Of a DNA stretch of 64,000 bases, positions 44,897-52,834 are shown piece after piece (the stretch's first letter is position 1; every line of letters begins with the position of its first letter). The translations under genes and the position numbers were made by a program. Below the pieces are notes generated by a model. The model was not told where the DNA came from and ran no database searches. It saw only the letters and a program-made list of their open reading frames with translations. The stretch lies in the sequence record LC739539.1. The stretch is one strand, 5' to 3'. Source of the stretch: Escherichia phage phiWec190.

Positions 44897-44914
44897 GGAA
44901 AAAGGTAAAACATC

Positions 44915-45160
44915 ATGTACCAGACAACTAAAATTGGCAATATCTACCACGACCCGAAAAATTCGCGCGGTATGGCTTGGATCAAAATGCCTAACAACAT
45001 TTGGTATTATGCGTTAAAAGGGAATACTTTGATGGGTAATCGTTGGACCTGGATCAAAGAGAATAACAACATTATCAACGATGAAAAAATCAGCGAAATG
45101 GTAGCAACAGGTAAGGTTGTAAAGGAAGAAAACACCGATCGCGTAACGCGTCAATTCTAA
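44915..45160 (+). CDS. small hypothetical protein (81 aa)
   Basis: ORF track. Confidence 0.5.
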   Translation: MYQTTKIGNIYHDPKNSRGMAWIKMPNNIWYYALKGNTLMGNRWTWIKENNNIINDEKISEMVATGKVVKEENTDRVTRQF

Positions 45161-45163
45161 AAA

Positions 45164-45178
45164 GGGCGGCAACGCCCC
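45164..45178 (+). other. intercistronic hairpin with GCAA tetraloop
   Basis: GGGCG-GCAA-CGCCC between stop of 44915..45160 and RBS of 45200. Confidence 0.45.
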
Positions 45179-45199
45179 ACTATCAGAAAGGAAAAGATT

Positions 45200-45424
45200 A
45201 TGAGTATTGTTAGAATGTTACAAGCTATTAAACTGGCTGAATTGTCGGATCTCAAGGTAGAAATAACTGAATATGATTATGGGGATCTAAGCGTGCATAT
45301 CTTCCCGCTTCCAGTTGATGGCGCTTATGCCTGGTGCTATGCTGATAACTTCCCGCCGGATGACACAAAGGGCGTAACTGACTTTATTTTAAAGTCGATA
45401 GTAGAAAACAGCCAACGTAATTAA
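45200..45424 (+). CDS. small hypothetical protein (74 aa)
   Basis: ORF track. Confidence 0.45.
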   Translation: MSIVRMLQAIKLAELSDLKVEITEYDYGDLSVHIFPLPVDGAYAWCYADNFPPDDTKGVTDFILKSIVENSQRN

Positions 45425-45429
45425 TCAGC

Positions 45430-45445
45430 GGGGCGGCAACGCCCC
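45430..45445 (+). other. intercistronic hairpin with GCAA tetraloop
   Basis: GGGGCG-GCAA-CGCCCC upstream of 45476. Confidence 0.45.
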
Positions 45446-45475
45446 ATTAAACGCAATAGGAAGAGGATAGACAAC

Positions 45476-45766
45476 ATGAAAAAGATGATCGCAGTAGTTG
45501 CCCTGGTTGTTGGTATTAACGCGCCTGTAATGGCTAACGATTTGCCTGAATCGATCACGTTAACCGATATCAACGCAGTAAACCGGATCGGGGTTAATTA
45601 TCGCCTATGCCTTGCCGCTAAAACTTTTAAGGACGGGGAAACAGAATACCACGGATTCGAGGGTGTCCGGTGCGGTGAGCTTGCACGCGACCTTAAGGAA
45701 GATCCAGACCTTGAGGCCATACCGATGACCGTAAACGGTAAAGCTTACGTAAACCGCCAACAATGA
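45476..45766 (+). CDS. secreted/periplasmic protein (96 aa)
   Basis: Signal peptide MKKMIAVVALVVGINAPVMA. Confidence 0.5.
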   Translation: MKKMIAVVALVVGINAPVMANDLPESITLTDINAVNRIGVNYRLCLAAKTFKDGETEYHGFEGVRCGELARDLKEDPDLEAIPMTVNGKAYVNRQQ

Positions 45767-45777
45767 GAAAGGTAATC

Positions 45778-45897
45778 ATGACAATGGGGATCATAGTAGC
45801 AACGCTGGCGCTAATCCCCTTCCTGGTTAAATATGTGCTAATCGGTGTTGTTCTGGTAGTCAGTGACCTATTGGAAACGGTTGGCACCTGGTTTTAA
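45778..45897 (+). CDS. micro-ORF membrane peptide (39 aa, not in track)
   Basis: Hand-read MTMGIIVATLALIPFLVKYVLIGVVLVVSDLLETVGTWF. Confidence 0.4.
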   Translation: MTMGIIVATLALIPFLVKYVLIGVVLVVSDLLETVGTWF

Positions 45898-45909
45898 GGA
45901 GTAATAAAA

Positions 45910-46101
45910 ATGAATGCAGAACAAGTTAGAAAGGTATTAGCAGCGTTGCGTTATCACAACCATAGCAAGGTAAAGAATGATCCTGATTATGTGGATTCAA
46001 GCCTGGAAGAAGACACATTGCAAGCTATAAGCCATATGCAGGAATTGCTTAAGCGTATGACAGAGAAGAACAGATCTGATTATATAGGTGACGAAGTATA
46101 A
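45910..46101 (+). CDS. small hypothetical protein (63 aa)
   Basis: ORF track. Confidence 0.45.
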   Translation: MNAEQVRKVLAALRYHNHSKVKNDPDYVDSSLEEDTLQAISHMQELLKRMTEKNRSDYIGDEV

Positions 46102-46105
46102 AATA

Positions 46106-46168
46106 GCTTGCATGATGTGCCGGATAGTGTAAGATGTATTTCGTAGGGCGGCAATGGTGCCGCTCACA
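46106..46168 (+). promoter_or_regulatory. cassette promoter plus leader stem-loop (copy 21)
   Basis: TTGCAT 46106-11, 16 nt, TAAGAT, leader TCGTAGGGCGGCAATGGTGCCGCTCACAAC. Confidence 0.6.
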
Positions 46169-46186
46169 ACTGGAAGGAAAAACACC

Positions 46187-46390
46187 ATGACTACAGCTAA
46201 CCGCCTGATCGCCGTCCTGAATAAAGCAAAGGCTAACCGCCTGGATGTTCAAATCAAAGAGCAAGCAAATGGCGAGATCCTTGCTACGGTGTCCGATGGC
46301 GGTTATGTATCGGAATCATTTTTATCAGGGAGCTTAGATCATCTTGTTTGGAAATTAGAAATTATCGTGGAGGATATGCAGATCATCTAA
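46187..46390 (+). CDS. small hypothetical protein (67 aa)
   Basis: Track ORF trimmed to MTTANRL... Confidence 0.45.
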   Translation: MTTANRLIAVLNKAKANRLDVQIKEQANGEILATVSDGGYVSESFLSGSLDHLVWKLEIIVEDMQII

Positions 46391-46400
46391 TCTTTACAAA

Positions 46401-46430
46401 ACAGGGCTTGTTTTTGTCCTGTTTTTTGTT
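46401..46430 (+). terminator. rho-independent terminator
   Basis: ACAGGG-CTTGTTTTTG-TCCTGT then TTTTTT. Confidence 0.55.
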
Positions 46431-46564
46431 ATGCTTATTGAACGGGCGGCACTGGCAACGGGGGAGGTAATCACCGGACGACCCCGCTATATATTGATAG
46501 CTAACACCTATCAAACAACAAAACATCAAAGAGATAAACTATCAAATCTTTACAATTCTACCTA

Positions 46565-46623
46565 TTGACACCGGATCACGCTTATATTATTATTTATCAC
46601 GTAGGGCGGGAATGTTTCCCGTC
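46565..46623 (+). promoter_or_regulatory. cassette promoter plus leader stem-loop (copy 22)
   Basis: TTGACA 46565-70, about 17 nt, TATTAT, leader CACGTAGGGCGGGAATGTTTCCCG. Confidence 0.55.
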
Positions 46624-46641
46624 TAATATAGGAATAACACC

Positions 46642-46875
46642 ATGATCGGACAAATTAAAAGCACTAAATCGAACGTTAACGGCAATGTTTCACACTTTAT
46701 CGGTGATAATGAGAGAGGTACACCCTACGCCGCCGTAACCGTTCAACCTGACGGGGATTATTGGTTTACCGTTTATGGATCTTATTCCTTTGGACGTCCG
46801 GCGCATGATAAGATCTTGCAAGCGGTTAAGCCTACAGGGAAGAATATCACAGCAGAAAAATTTTATAAAAAATAG
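46642..46875 (+). CDS. small hypothetical protein (77 aa)
   Basis: ORF track. Confidence 0.5.
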   Translation: MIGQIKSTKSNVNGNVSHFIGDNERGTPYAAVTVQPDGDYWFTVYGSYSFGRPAHDKILQAVKPTGKNITAEKFYKK

Positions 46876-46936
46876 CTTGCTTTATACACCCTGTTAACTT
46901 ATAGTTATTGCGTAGGGCGAGCAATACAGCAAGCCC
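46876..46936 (+). promoter_or_regulatory. cassette promoter plus leader stem-loop (copy 23)
   Basis: TTGCTT 46876-81, 17 nt, TATAGT, leader GCGTAGGGCGAGCAATACAGCAAGCCC. Confidence 0.5.
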
Positions 46937-46953
46937 ACAAAGAGGAAAAGAAG

Positions 46954-47322
46954 ATGAGCAAATCAGCAATTAAAGCAGTTGAAAAAGCGCAAGAAGTGAT
47001 CGCAACGTCCACCACTGGCGCAAAGGTTGATCTCGTTGGTTATCTGAAAGATGAAACTATCCGTAAAAATTGGCGCAACGCTGATCTACTGGCTTGCTTA
47101 TTGATTAATAGTGTCGCTGATGCTTTCCAGTGTGAAACAGCCGAGAGCCTGGAGGCAAACTTGTTCGACAATATGGATCAAGCCATTGAAACCTATATTC
47201 AATCAAATTTAGATAGCTGGAACAATAAAACATGGCCTGACAGCTTACGCGATACAACTGATCAACTGATCCGCCTTGCCTTGATGGTTGAACGCGATAA
47301 CGTTTACAACCGCACAAAGTAA
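46954..47322 (+). CDS. hypothetical protein (122 aa)
   Basis: ORF track. Confidence 0.5.
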   Translation: MSKSAIKAVEKAQEVIATSTTGAKVDLVGYLKDETIRKNWRNADLLACLLINSVADAFQCETAESLEANLFDNMDQAIETYIQSNLDSWNNKTWPDSLRDTTDQLIRLALMVERDNVYNRTK

Positions 47323-47333
47323 GATTGTACAAG

Positions 47334-47353
47334 GGCGCACTAAGCGCCCTTTA
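47334..47353 (+). terminator. terminator-like hairpin
   Basis: GGGCGC-ACTAA-GCGCCC then TTTAA. Confidence 0.45.
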
Positions 47354-47387
47354 ACGTAAAGAAATGTAAATAATGCGCTATCCCCTA

Positions 47388-47416
47388 TTGACAGGGGATC
47401 GGCGTTATATTATATT
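47388..47416 (+). promoter_or_regulatory. sigma70-like promoter (no leader stem-loop); -35 inside palindrome CCCCT-ATTGAC-AGGGG
   Basis: TTGACA 47388-93, TATATT about 47411-16. Confidence 0.45.
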
Positions 47417-47461
47417 TAACTCACTGGCAGCAAACAACGAAACGAAACAAAGGACAACACC

Positions 47462-47881
47462 ATGAACATTAAATCAAATAATCCAGCTTACTCCTTCGAC
47501 AACGCTTTTTGTCACGGTAGCGCCGCTAAAGGCTTCGAAATTGATGGTAAACTGGTTATCGTGAACGTTGACGGGGAAGAGGTTGCAGTATATCCGGTGG
47601 CAGACGTTAAAAGCCGTTTACAATGCCGCATGGATGTTACCGCGTATCAGCTTGATCCGATCCGTGTAGTTGCCCTGGTCCTGGAAGAAGAGATCAAAGC
47701 AATGCATCATAGCAATAAGTTTATTGGTGACGCGCAGGACAATATGAAAGTATGCCGCAGTAAAGTTAACGAAGCATTGAAAGAATGCGGTTTTAAGGAT
47801 CTGATGATTAAACGTGATGAAAAATTCCGCTTTCGTAATGACCTGGCGAACCGGATATACTCAATCTATGAAGCTTTATAA
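47462..47881 (+). CDS. hypothetical protein (139 aa), last gene of array
   Basis: ORF track. Confidence 0.5.
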   Translation: MNIKSNNPAYSFDNAFCHGSAAKGFEIDGKLVIVNVDGEEVAVYPVADVKSRLQCRMDVTAYQLDPIRVVALVLEEEIKAMHHSNKFIGDAQDNMKVCRSKVNEALKECGFKDLMIKRDEKFRFRNDLANRIYSIYEAL

Positions 47882-47896
47882 TCGACAACAAAACAA

Positions 47897-47924
47897 GGGG
47901 CGCACTAAGCGCCCTTTCTTTTTG
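47897..47924 (+). terminator. strong rho-independent terminator closing the array
   Basis: GGGGCGC-ACTAA-GCGCCC then TTTCTTTTTG. Confidence 0.7.
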
Positions 47925-48039
47925 TCCAAATAATGTTGATAGCTTCCGCCTATGAAAAACCGACACAGAACAAAAATGAATAAATCGCGGTATCGAGCTA
48001 ATCAACCAGCAAACGAATAACCATACCTCCCAGGGCAAC

Positions 48040-48420
48040 AGGCTGTTAGAGAGCTATTTAGAGCGGTTAAAATCGATCAACAACCAACAACAAACAACCG
48101 AAAAAGGCTGTTTTCCTCCTTTCCAGTGCAATGATAACCATTATCATCTAACCTTGCGTATCTATGCAATATAAGTGCATAACTATAATGTTGATAATAG
48201 TTCGCAACAACTAACCAACCAACAACCTAAAACAATAAGCAAACTAATCATAATCAAAGGAATAATAGAAAGATGATTGATAACGACAAACAATCAAACC
48301 ATGATGAATACTAAGCAAGATAACGATAACACGACAAAACAACCAACTAACTAACGATAACAAATGAAATCATTAAAATAACAACTATTAGTAAAATAGT
48401 GCCTATTGCCGAAATAGTGA
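48040..48420. repeat. A+C-rich, G-poor low-complexity tract with CAACAA/ACGATAAC-type short repeats
   Basis: Read directly: strong strand compositional skew, no plausible ORF. Confidence 0.5.
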
Positions 48421-48463
48421 AGACTGTAATAATTGTAAAATGAATCATTCCAAGCCTCATCAT

Positions 48464-48496
48464 TAGCACGCTACGCCGGACACGTAGCGAGCTAAT
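48464..48496. repeat. 13-bp-arm hairpin/palindrome
   Basis: TTAGCACGCTACG-CCGGACA-CGTAGCGAGCTAA (one mismatch). Confidence 0.5.
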
Positions 48497-48560
48497 AATA
48501 AGCCAACTACACCCCCACAATCATAACTATCGGTGATAGTTATTTCTTGTGATTATGTAG

Positions 48561-48577
48561 CTTGCAATTATTGCAAG
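48561..48577. repeat. perfect 17-bp palindrome CTTGCAATTATTGCAAG
   Basis: Read directly. Confidence 0.55.
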
Positions 48578-48655
48578 CGTATTACGCTTACACTAATTAC
48601 GCTGGCTTATTATTAGCATTGTATGTAAGAATAGTTAAGCGTAATATAATAATCA

Positions 48656-48670
48656 ATGTAATTATTACAT
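48656..48670. repeat. perfect 15-bp palindrome ATGTAATTATTACAT
   Basis: Read directly. Confidence 0.55.
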
Positions 48671-48913
48671 GAGTTATCACTATCGTTCAGTGTGATCATC
48701 ATTAGCATGGTGAAGGATTAGCACGTAGCAACATGAGCGAATAGCGACAGGTTGCATAGTGTACAGATATACAGAAAGATGAAAGATAAAGGCTTAATGT
48801 TTGCGGGGGAAAGATAGCCGCCTATGGCGGATATGTTGAGCACGTTCTCTTAAACGTAAATAAAATCAGAAAAATCTTGATTTATTGGTCGATTTGTTGT
48901 AAGAATTGTCTGA

Positions 48914-48932
48914 ATAATAATCATTCTCATTT
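48914..48932. repeat. Fur-box-like palindrome copy
   Basis: AATAATAATCATTCTCATT, same unit as 35011-35210 array. Confidence 0.5.
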
Positions 48933-49083
48933 ATTTTATAGGTAGTCTGTTATGGGCGGCACCTTTACACCGTAGTAATCATATGTTTAGGTTGTTAAGT
49001 AGTTGATTGATAAAGGATTGTTTAAAAAGTAGTGCTTAAGTTAGGCCCAACCTTATAGCAGGGGAAAAGATCGCCTAAGTTAT

Positions 49084-49116
49084 TGAATGCGAATGATAAT
49101 GATAATTATTCTCATT
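49084..49116. repeat. Fur-box-like palindrome copy
   Basis: GAATGCGAATGATAATGATAATTATTCTCATTG. Confidence 0.5.
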
Positions 49117-49462
49117 GATATTTGAAGATTCCGGCGCGCAGAAGTGGAGGGGCCGGAAAATTCGCGTTCAGCAGTCCTGACGTACTCGCCATAAATCCTT
49201 GCTACCAAAGGCTTTTCTGTCTCTTTGCCGATGATATTCTTGCCGATAAATCGCAGGAACAGAGGGTATCGAAATAATCTCTCCCCCCAGATATTTTGCC
49301 GATTAATATTTGACCAAAGGGGTGTCAAAAATAACAGGTATATATGGAATAATTGATAGGGAATACCAATGATAAATGAATTGTAATTGCCGAGGATTGA
49401 TCGTAAGATGTTCCTCGTTGAGAGTTACGATGTTTGTCATGAAACCAAGAGAGGAGATTATC

Positions 49463-49843
49463 ATGCAAGAGAGTAAAAATGTTCCGTTGAGTAGTCCAAT
49501 GTTGTTAGCCTTCTATGAAAGTTGGCTTGCTGATCATCATACCAAAGAGCGCACAAGGAATGGGTTATGTGTATGCTTGGATACCTTTATCTGGGATGAG
49601 ATGTGGGACCGTAATTTCAGTGAGGAACAGGCAAAACAGCTTTGTGCCATAAGTGATGCAACATTAAAAGAAATGAAGAAACAATTCCGTTGCGCAGGAT
49701 TGTCTGTCAGTGTTCCCTTTAATGTGAACTACGAAGAATATGTGCGAGAGTATAACCACAGCAGAGCGCATGAAAACAAGCTTCGTGTAGAGTGGGTGCA
49801 AGAACGAGTGAAAGATTGTTTGCATAATCGTAAAGGAGCCTGA
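49463..49843 (+). CDS. paralogous small-protein family X, member 1
   Basis: Track ORF trimmed to MQESKNV... (RBS AGAGAGGAG); motifs FY..W...NGLCVCL, VPFN, LRVEWV. Confidence 0.55.
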   Translation: MQESKNVPLSSPMLLAFYESWLADHHTKERTRNGLCVCLDTFIWDEMWDRNFSEEQAKQLCAISDATLKEMKKQFRCAGLSVSVPFNVNYEEYVREYNHSRAHENKLRVEWVQERVKDCLHNRKGA

Positions 49844-49844
49844 T

Positions 49845-50207
49845 ATGAAAAATATTCCCTTGAGTAGTGATACTCTTCTGATGTTCTATAAGAATTGGAT
49901 GGCTAACCGTAGTGAGTTGGCGAACACAGCGAATGGCTTGTGCGTATGTTTAGGCAATTTTGCATGGGAAGTATTATATCCGAAGCATGGGGCTGATGTG
50001 GATATGTTCTGGGAGATGCGTGAAGCTTTAGGTGATGAAATGATGATACAGTTTATCTATGCAGGGTTGTCTAAAAGCACACCTTTCAATACTGACTTCT
50101 TCGACTACGAGGAAGAATGTGAAAACAGAAAATGTCATCTCAACAAACTGCGTGTGCAATGGGTGGAAGATCGTATCGAAGATGTAAATAATGCTTGCAT
50201 TGAATAA
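49845..50207 (+). CDS. family X, member 2
   Basis: FYKNWMA...NGLCVCL...TPFN...LNKLRVQWV. Confidence 0.55.
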   Translation: MKNIPLSSDTLLMFYKNWMANRSELANTANGLCVCLGNFAWEVLYPKHGADVDMFWEMREALGDEMMIQFIYAGLSKSTPFNTDFFDYEEECENRKCHLNKLRVQWVEDRIEDVNNACIE

Positions 50208-50266
50208 AAATGTCTGTATAGTGGTTTGCATACCGCGCATAACAGATAGCCAATGAGGAGATTGAA

Positions 50267-50476
50267 ATGTCAAATATGAAAACTGTATCCTTGTATTTAG
50301 CTAACACTGATCGTGTGCACACCCTTGCTAACGCAAGTCGTGTACTCGTGCAGTTCCGAAACTTCGCACCGTCCGTTGTGACAGGCAGTGAAACGTGTGT
50401 GATCGATTTCATCAATGAATATTTCTACGGGAATCCTGTTGCTCGTCACTTCGTGGAGAATATGAAAGATGCATAA
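50267..50476 (+). CDS. small hypothetical protein (69 aa)
   Basis: ORF track; RBS GAGGAG. Confidence 0.45.
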   Translation: MSNMKTVSLYLANTDRVHTLANASRVLVQFRNFAPSVVTGSETCVIDFINEYFYGNPVARHFVENMKDA

Positions 50477-50699
50477 CATGAAACGTATGAAAATTCGTAT
50501 TGAAACCGCTTGTGGGTATGTAGGTCTGATTGGTGCAGAGTTACCCGTTGTGCTGAATGCACAAATAGGGTATAGTGGGCTGGCCCATGTGCGCTTTTCG
50601 AAGATGATTGAGATACCAGGTTTCTTCTGGGATGAAGAAGATGCAGGTGAAGGGGAAGATTATGTTTTCCTTCCTCATGAATATGAAATTGTTCACTAA
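50469..50699 (+). CDS. small hypothetical protein, paralog of 55526..55747
   Basis: Shared MKI.I......GYVG...LP.V and DYVF motifs. Confidence 0.45.
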   Translation: MHNMKRMKIRIETACGYVGLIGAELPVVLNAQIGYSGLAHVRFSKMIEIPGFFWDEEDAGEGEDYVFLPHEYEIVH

Positions 50700-50708
50700 G
50701 GAGGGATT

Positions 50709-50948
50709 GTGATCACTGCAAAGCAGAATGAGAGAGCAAACAATTATCTGAACAATCTGTACTTCGATGCAGGGCACGACTGTCGTCCTGAACATAATTG
50801 CCAGTCTCTGCAAGAGAAGACACTGGCGTTGGTATTGACAGATCGTTTGTTCGATGGCTACGAAGAAGCCAATCGTATGTTAGCATCTCGTGCACGACGC
50901 GCTTCCATCTTTAATAAAATGGTGGCATTATGGGGAGGTAGAAAATGA
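50709..50948 (+). CDS. small hypothetical protein (79 aa, GTG start)
   Basis: ORF track; RBS AAGGAGGG. Confidence 0.45.
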   Translation: MITAKQNERANNYLNNLYFDAGHDCRPEHNCQSLQEKTLALVLTDRLFDGYEEANRMLASRARRASIFNKMVALWGGRK

Positions 50949-51403
50949 GCGAAAAACCAGTGAGAGCTTCCACAATATTGGGAGCATATGTGCAATGTGT
51001 TACAGATTATGTCAAGAGAAACTCCAGCCTACTGGAAGTGTATAGTGTAATTTCAGAAGATACTGGTGCTGTCTGTGTGAAACACATTCTATCCGAAACA
51101 CGTTATGAAGTGTTCCGTGCCACTTTGTTAGAATGTAATCGTGTTCGTGTGAACTACATGGACCCCAATTATCGCCGTGCCTTGGAAGATATTGAAGACT
51201 ATCTTCCTCGCTGCCCGACAGGTAATGTAAAAGTGGCAGAAGAAGCACCACAAGGTGTTGATTATCGTGTAGCCTTGTGGAAAAAGGCACGTCAACTACA
51301 AGTGCTGAATGAAATGAAAGAGGAGTTGGAGCAGGAACTGCTCAACGACTTCGATAAATCTCCAGAAGAGGCTTTAGCGTGGTTGCGTGAAGTAGAACAA
51401 TAA
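50945..51403 (+). CDS. hypothetical protein (152 aa)
   Basis: ORF track. Confidence 0.5.
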   Translation: MSEKPVRASTILGAYVQCVTDYVKRNSSLLEVYSVISEDTGAVCVKHILSETRYEVFRATLLECNRVRVNYMDPNYRRALEDIEDYLPRCPTGNVKVAEEAPQGVDYRVALWKKARQLQVLNEMKEELEQELLNDFDKSPEEALAWLREVEQ

Positions 51404-51425
51404 TTTAACATAAGAGGAGACACTA

Positions 51426-51944
51426 ATGTTTAAACCAGGTAATATCTATCGTTTCAGACAAGGCACGTACCAAGAGTTGTTTCAATCAATTTCTAAAAAG
51501 TTGGCTGAAGCGATCGGAGAGTTTTGGTTTGAAGTAGTCAAAACAGACGCTTACGGGAATGTCCTATCTCTTATCATCTTCGTAGAAGATAAGAAGCTGT
51601 TCTGGGATCAGGGAGTAGGTGATGCTCAAATGGATCGCTTCCTTATTGGGCACGATGAGATCGGATATTTCTTTGACGGAGGTCCGTTGTTAATGGTGGG
51701 CTTGCCGCCGCTGGCACCGCAGCCAGGCAAGGAGGTTTCCGCACACGACGATCGCCCTGATGCAGATATTGTGCCTAAAAAGTTTGCAGTTATTGTTGAC
51801 TACGTAGTAGTGCATACTGTATCATCTTTTTCAGAGGCGCAAGAAAGAGCCACGAAAGCGAAGAAAGAGAGTCCAGGGAAGCTTGTGGAGATTTATACTC
51901 TGCGTAGCACAGCGAAACTCGTAAGTAATGTGATATTTGACTAA
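51426..51944 (+). CDS. hypothetical protein, paralog of 51957..52469
   Basis: Similar N- and C-terminal segments. Confidence 0.5.
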   Translation: MFKPGNIYRFRQGTYQELFQSISKKLAEAIGEFWFEVVKTDAYGNVLSLIIFVEDKKLFWDQGVGDAQMDRFLIGHDEIGYFFDGGPLLMVGLPPLAPQPGKEVSAHDDRPDADIVPKKFAVIVDYVVVHTVSSFSEAQERATKAKKESPGKLVEIYTLRSTAKLVSNVIFD

Positions 51945-51956
51945 GAGGAGACTATT

Positions 51957-52469
51957 ATGTTTATTCAAGGGCATTCCTATAAATTCAAAAATACAAAAGA
52001 GTACAATGCGTTCCGTGAAGCTGTCAATCTGAACCGTAAGATTTCAGATCTGCTGGGTCCAAAACACTTCCTGGTGTTGGAGACAACAGAAAAAGGGGAT
52101 GTGGTTAAGTTCCAAACATTTGAAGGACATGTCTTTGAAGCTAATGCAGGTGCTTTCGTTGATTGTGGTATGTTGCTGTCCAAACATGAGTTAAAGCATT
52201 TTAACGATATCACTTGGTTTGACTCTTATGTTGAGGCAGAGGTTGGTTTGCCACCAGAACCAAAGGAAGAGCCAGTACAAGAGCCTTCTCAAGAGAGTCC
52301 AGAAGATAAAAAATATCTTGTAATGGTGGATCTTGTTCTCGTGGGTGTTGCCGGAAATATCCGAGATGCGGAAGATCTGGCACAATCCTATAAAGAAGAT
52401 AACGCTAAAGCCGTGGTTGAGATTTACAATCGCTACAGCACGGCACAAGTTAAAGTTTATTTTGAATAA
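51957..52469 (+). CDS. hypothetical protein, paralog of 51426..51944
   Basis: Tandem paralog. Confidence 0.5.
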   Translation: MFIQGHSYKFKNTKEYNAFREAVNLNRKISDLLGPKHFLVLETTEKGDVVKFQTFEGHVFEANAGAFVDCGMLLSKHELKHFNDITWFDSYVEAEVGLPPEPKEEPVQEPSQESPEDKKYLVMVDLVLVGVAGNIRDAEDLAQSYKEDNAKAVVEIYNRYSTAQVKVYFE

Positions 52470-52474
52470 ATAGC

Positions 52475-52503
52475 TTGACATAAGGATCACGTTGGTAGAT
52501 AAT
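52475..52503 (+). promoter_or_regulatory. sigma70-like promoter
   Basis: TTGACA 52475-80, 17 nt, GATAAT 52498-503. Confidence 0.5.
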
Positions 52504-52534
52504 CATTGCATACACAAATGAGAGGAGAAATGAA

Positions 52535-52834
52535 ATGAATTTGACTGATCAACTGCGCCGTATTGCAAAAGAGGCTTCCTTCCAATTCCCTATTGAAGAG
52601 GTGATTGAAACCTGTTTTTCTGAAGCACGGGCGGGAAACTTCTCAAAGAATTTCACGCCCTCTGATTTTGGTTTGGCTAATTCGCCTATCCATCCAGAGG
52701 CGATCTCCAATCAAGTGAAGTGGATGGATGAAGCAGTAGCAATTCTTCGTGAGCGTGGGCTTGTTGTTTATAGAGAAATGGACTCTGATGGAGCATATGA
52801 GTGGATCACTGTTGATTGGTCGGAGGTGAAATAA
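52535..52834 (+). CDS. hypothetical protein (99 aa)
   Basis: ORF track. Confidence 0.5.
   Translation: MNLTDQLRRIAKEASFQFPIEEVIETCFSEARAGNFSKNFTPSDFGLANSPIHPEAISNQVKWMDEAVAILRERGLVVYREMDSDGAYEWITVDWSEVK

Noticed and set aside
35848-47924. Possible CRISPR array, given the many copies of a short GC-rich palindromic repeat
   Set aside because: Repeat spacing is irregular (about 80-500 bp), each repeat is tied to -35/-10 hexamers and an RBS, and the intervening sequence encodes ORFs; this is a promoter/leader cassette array, not repeat-spacer architecture.
47808-49328. Track ORFs 47808..48038 (-) and 49080..49328 (-) in the non-coding region
   Set aside because: Antisense to the surrounding gene direction, no RBS, overlap terminator, low-complexity and palindrome sequence; considered non-coding.
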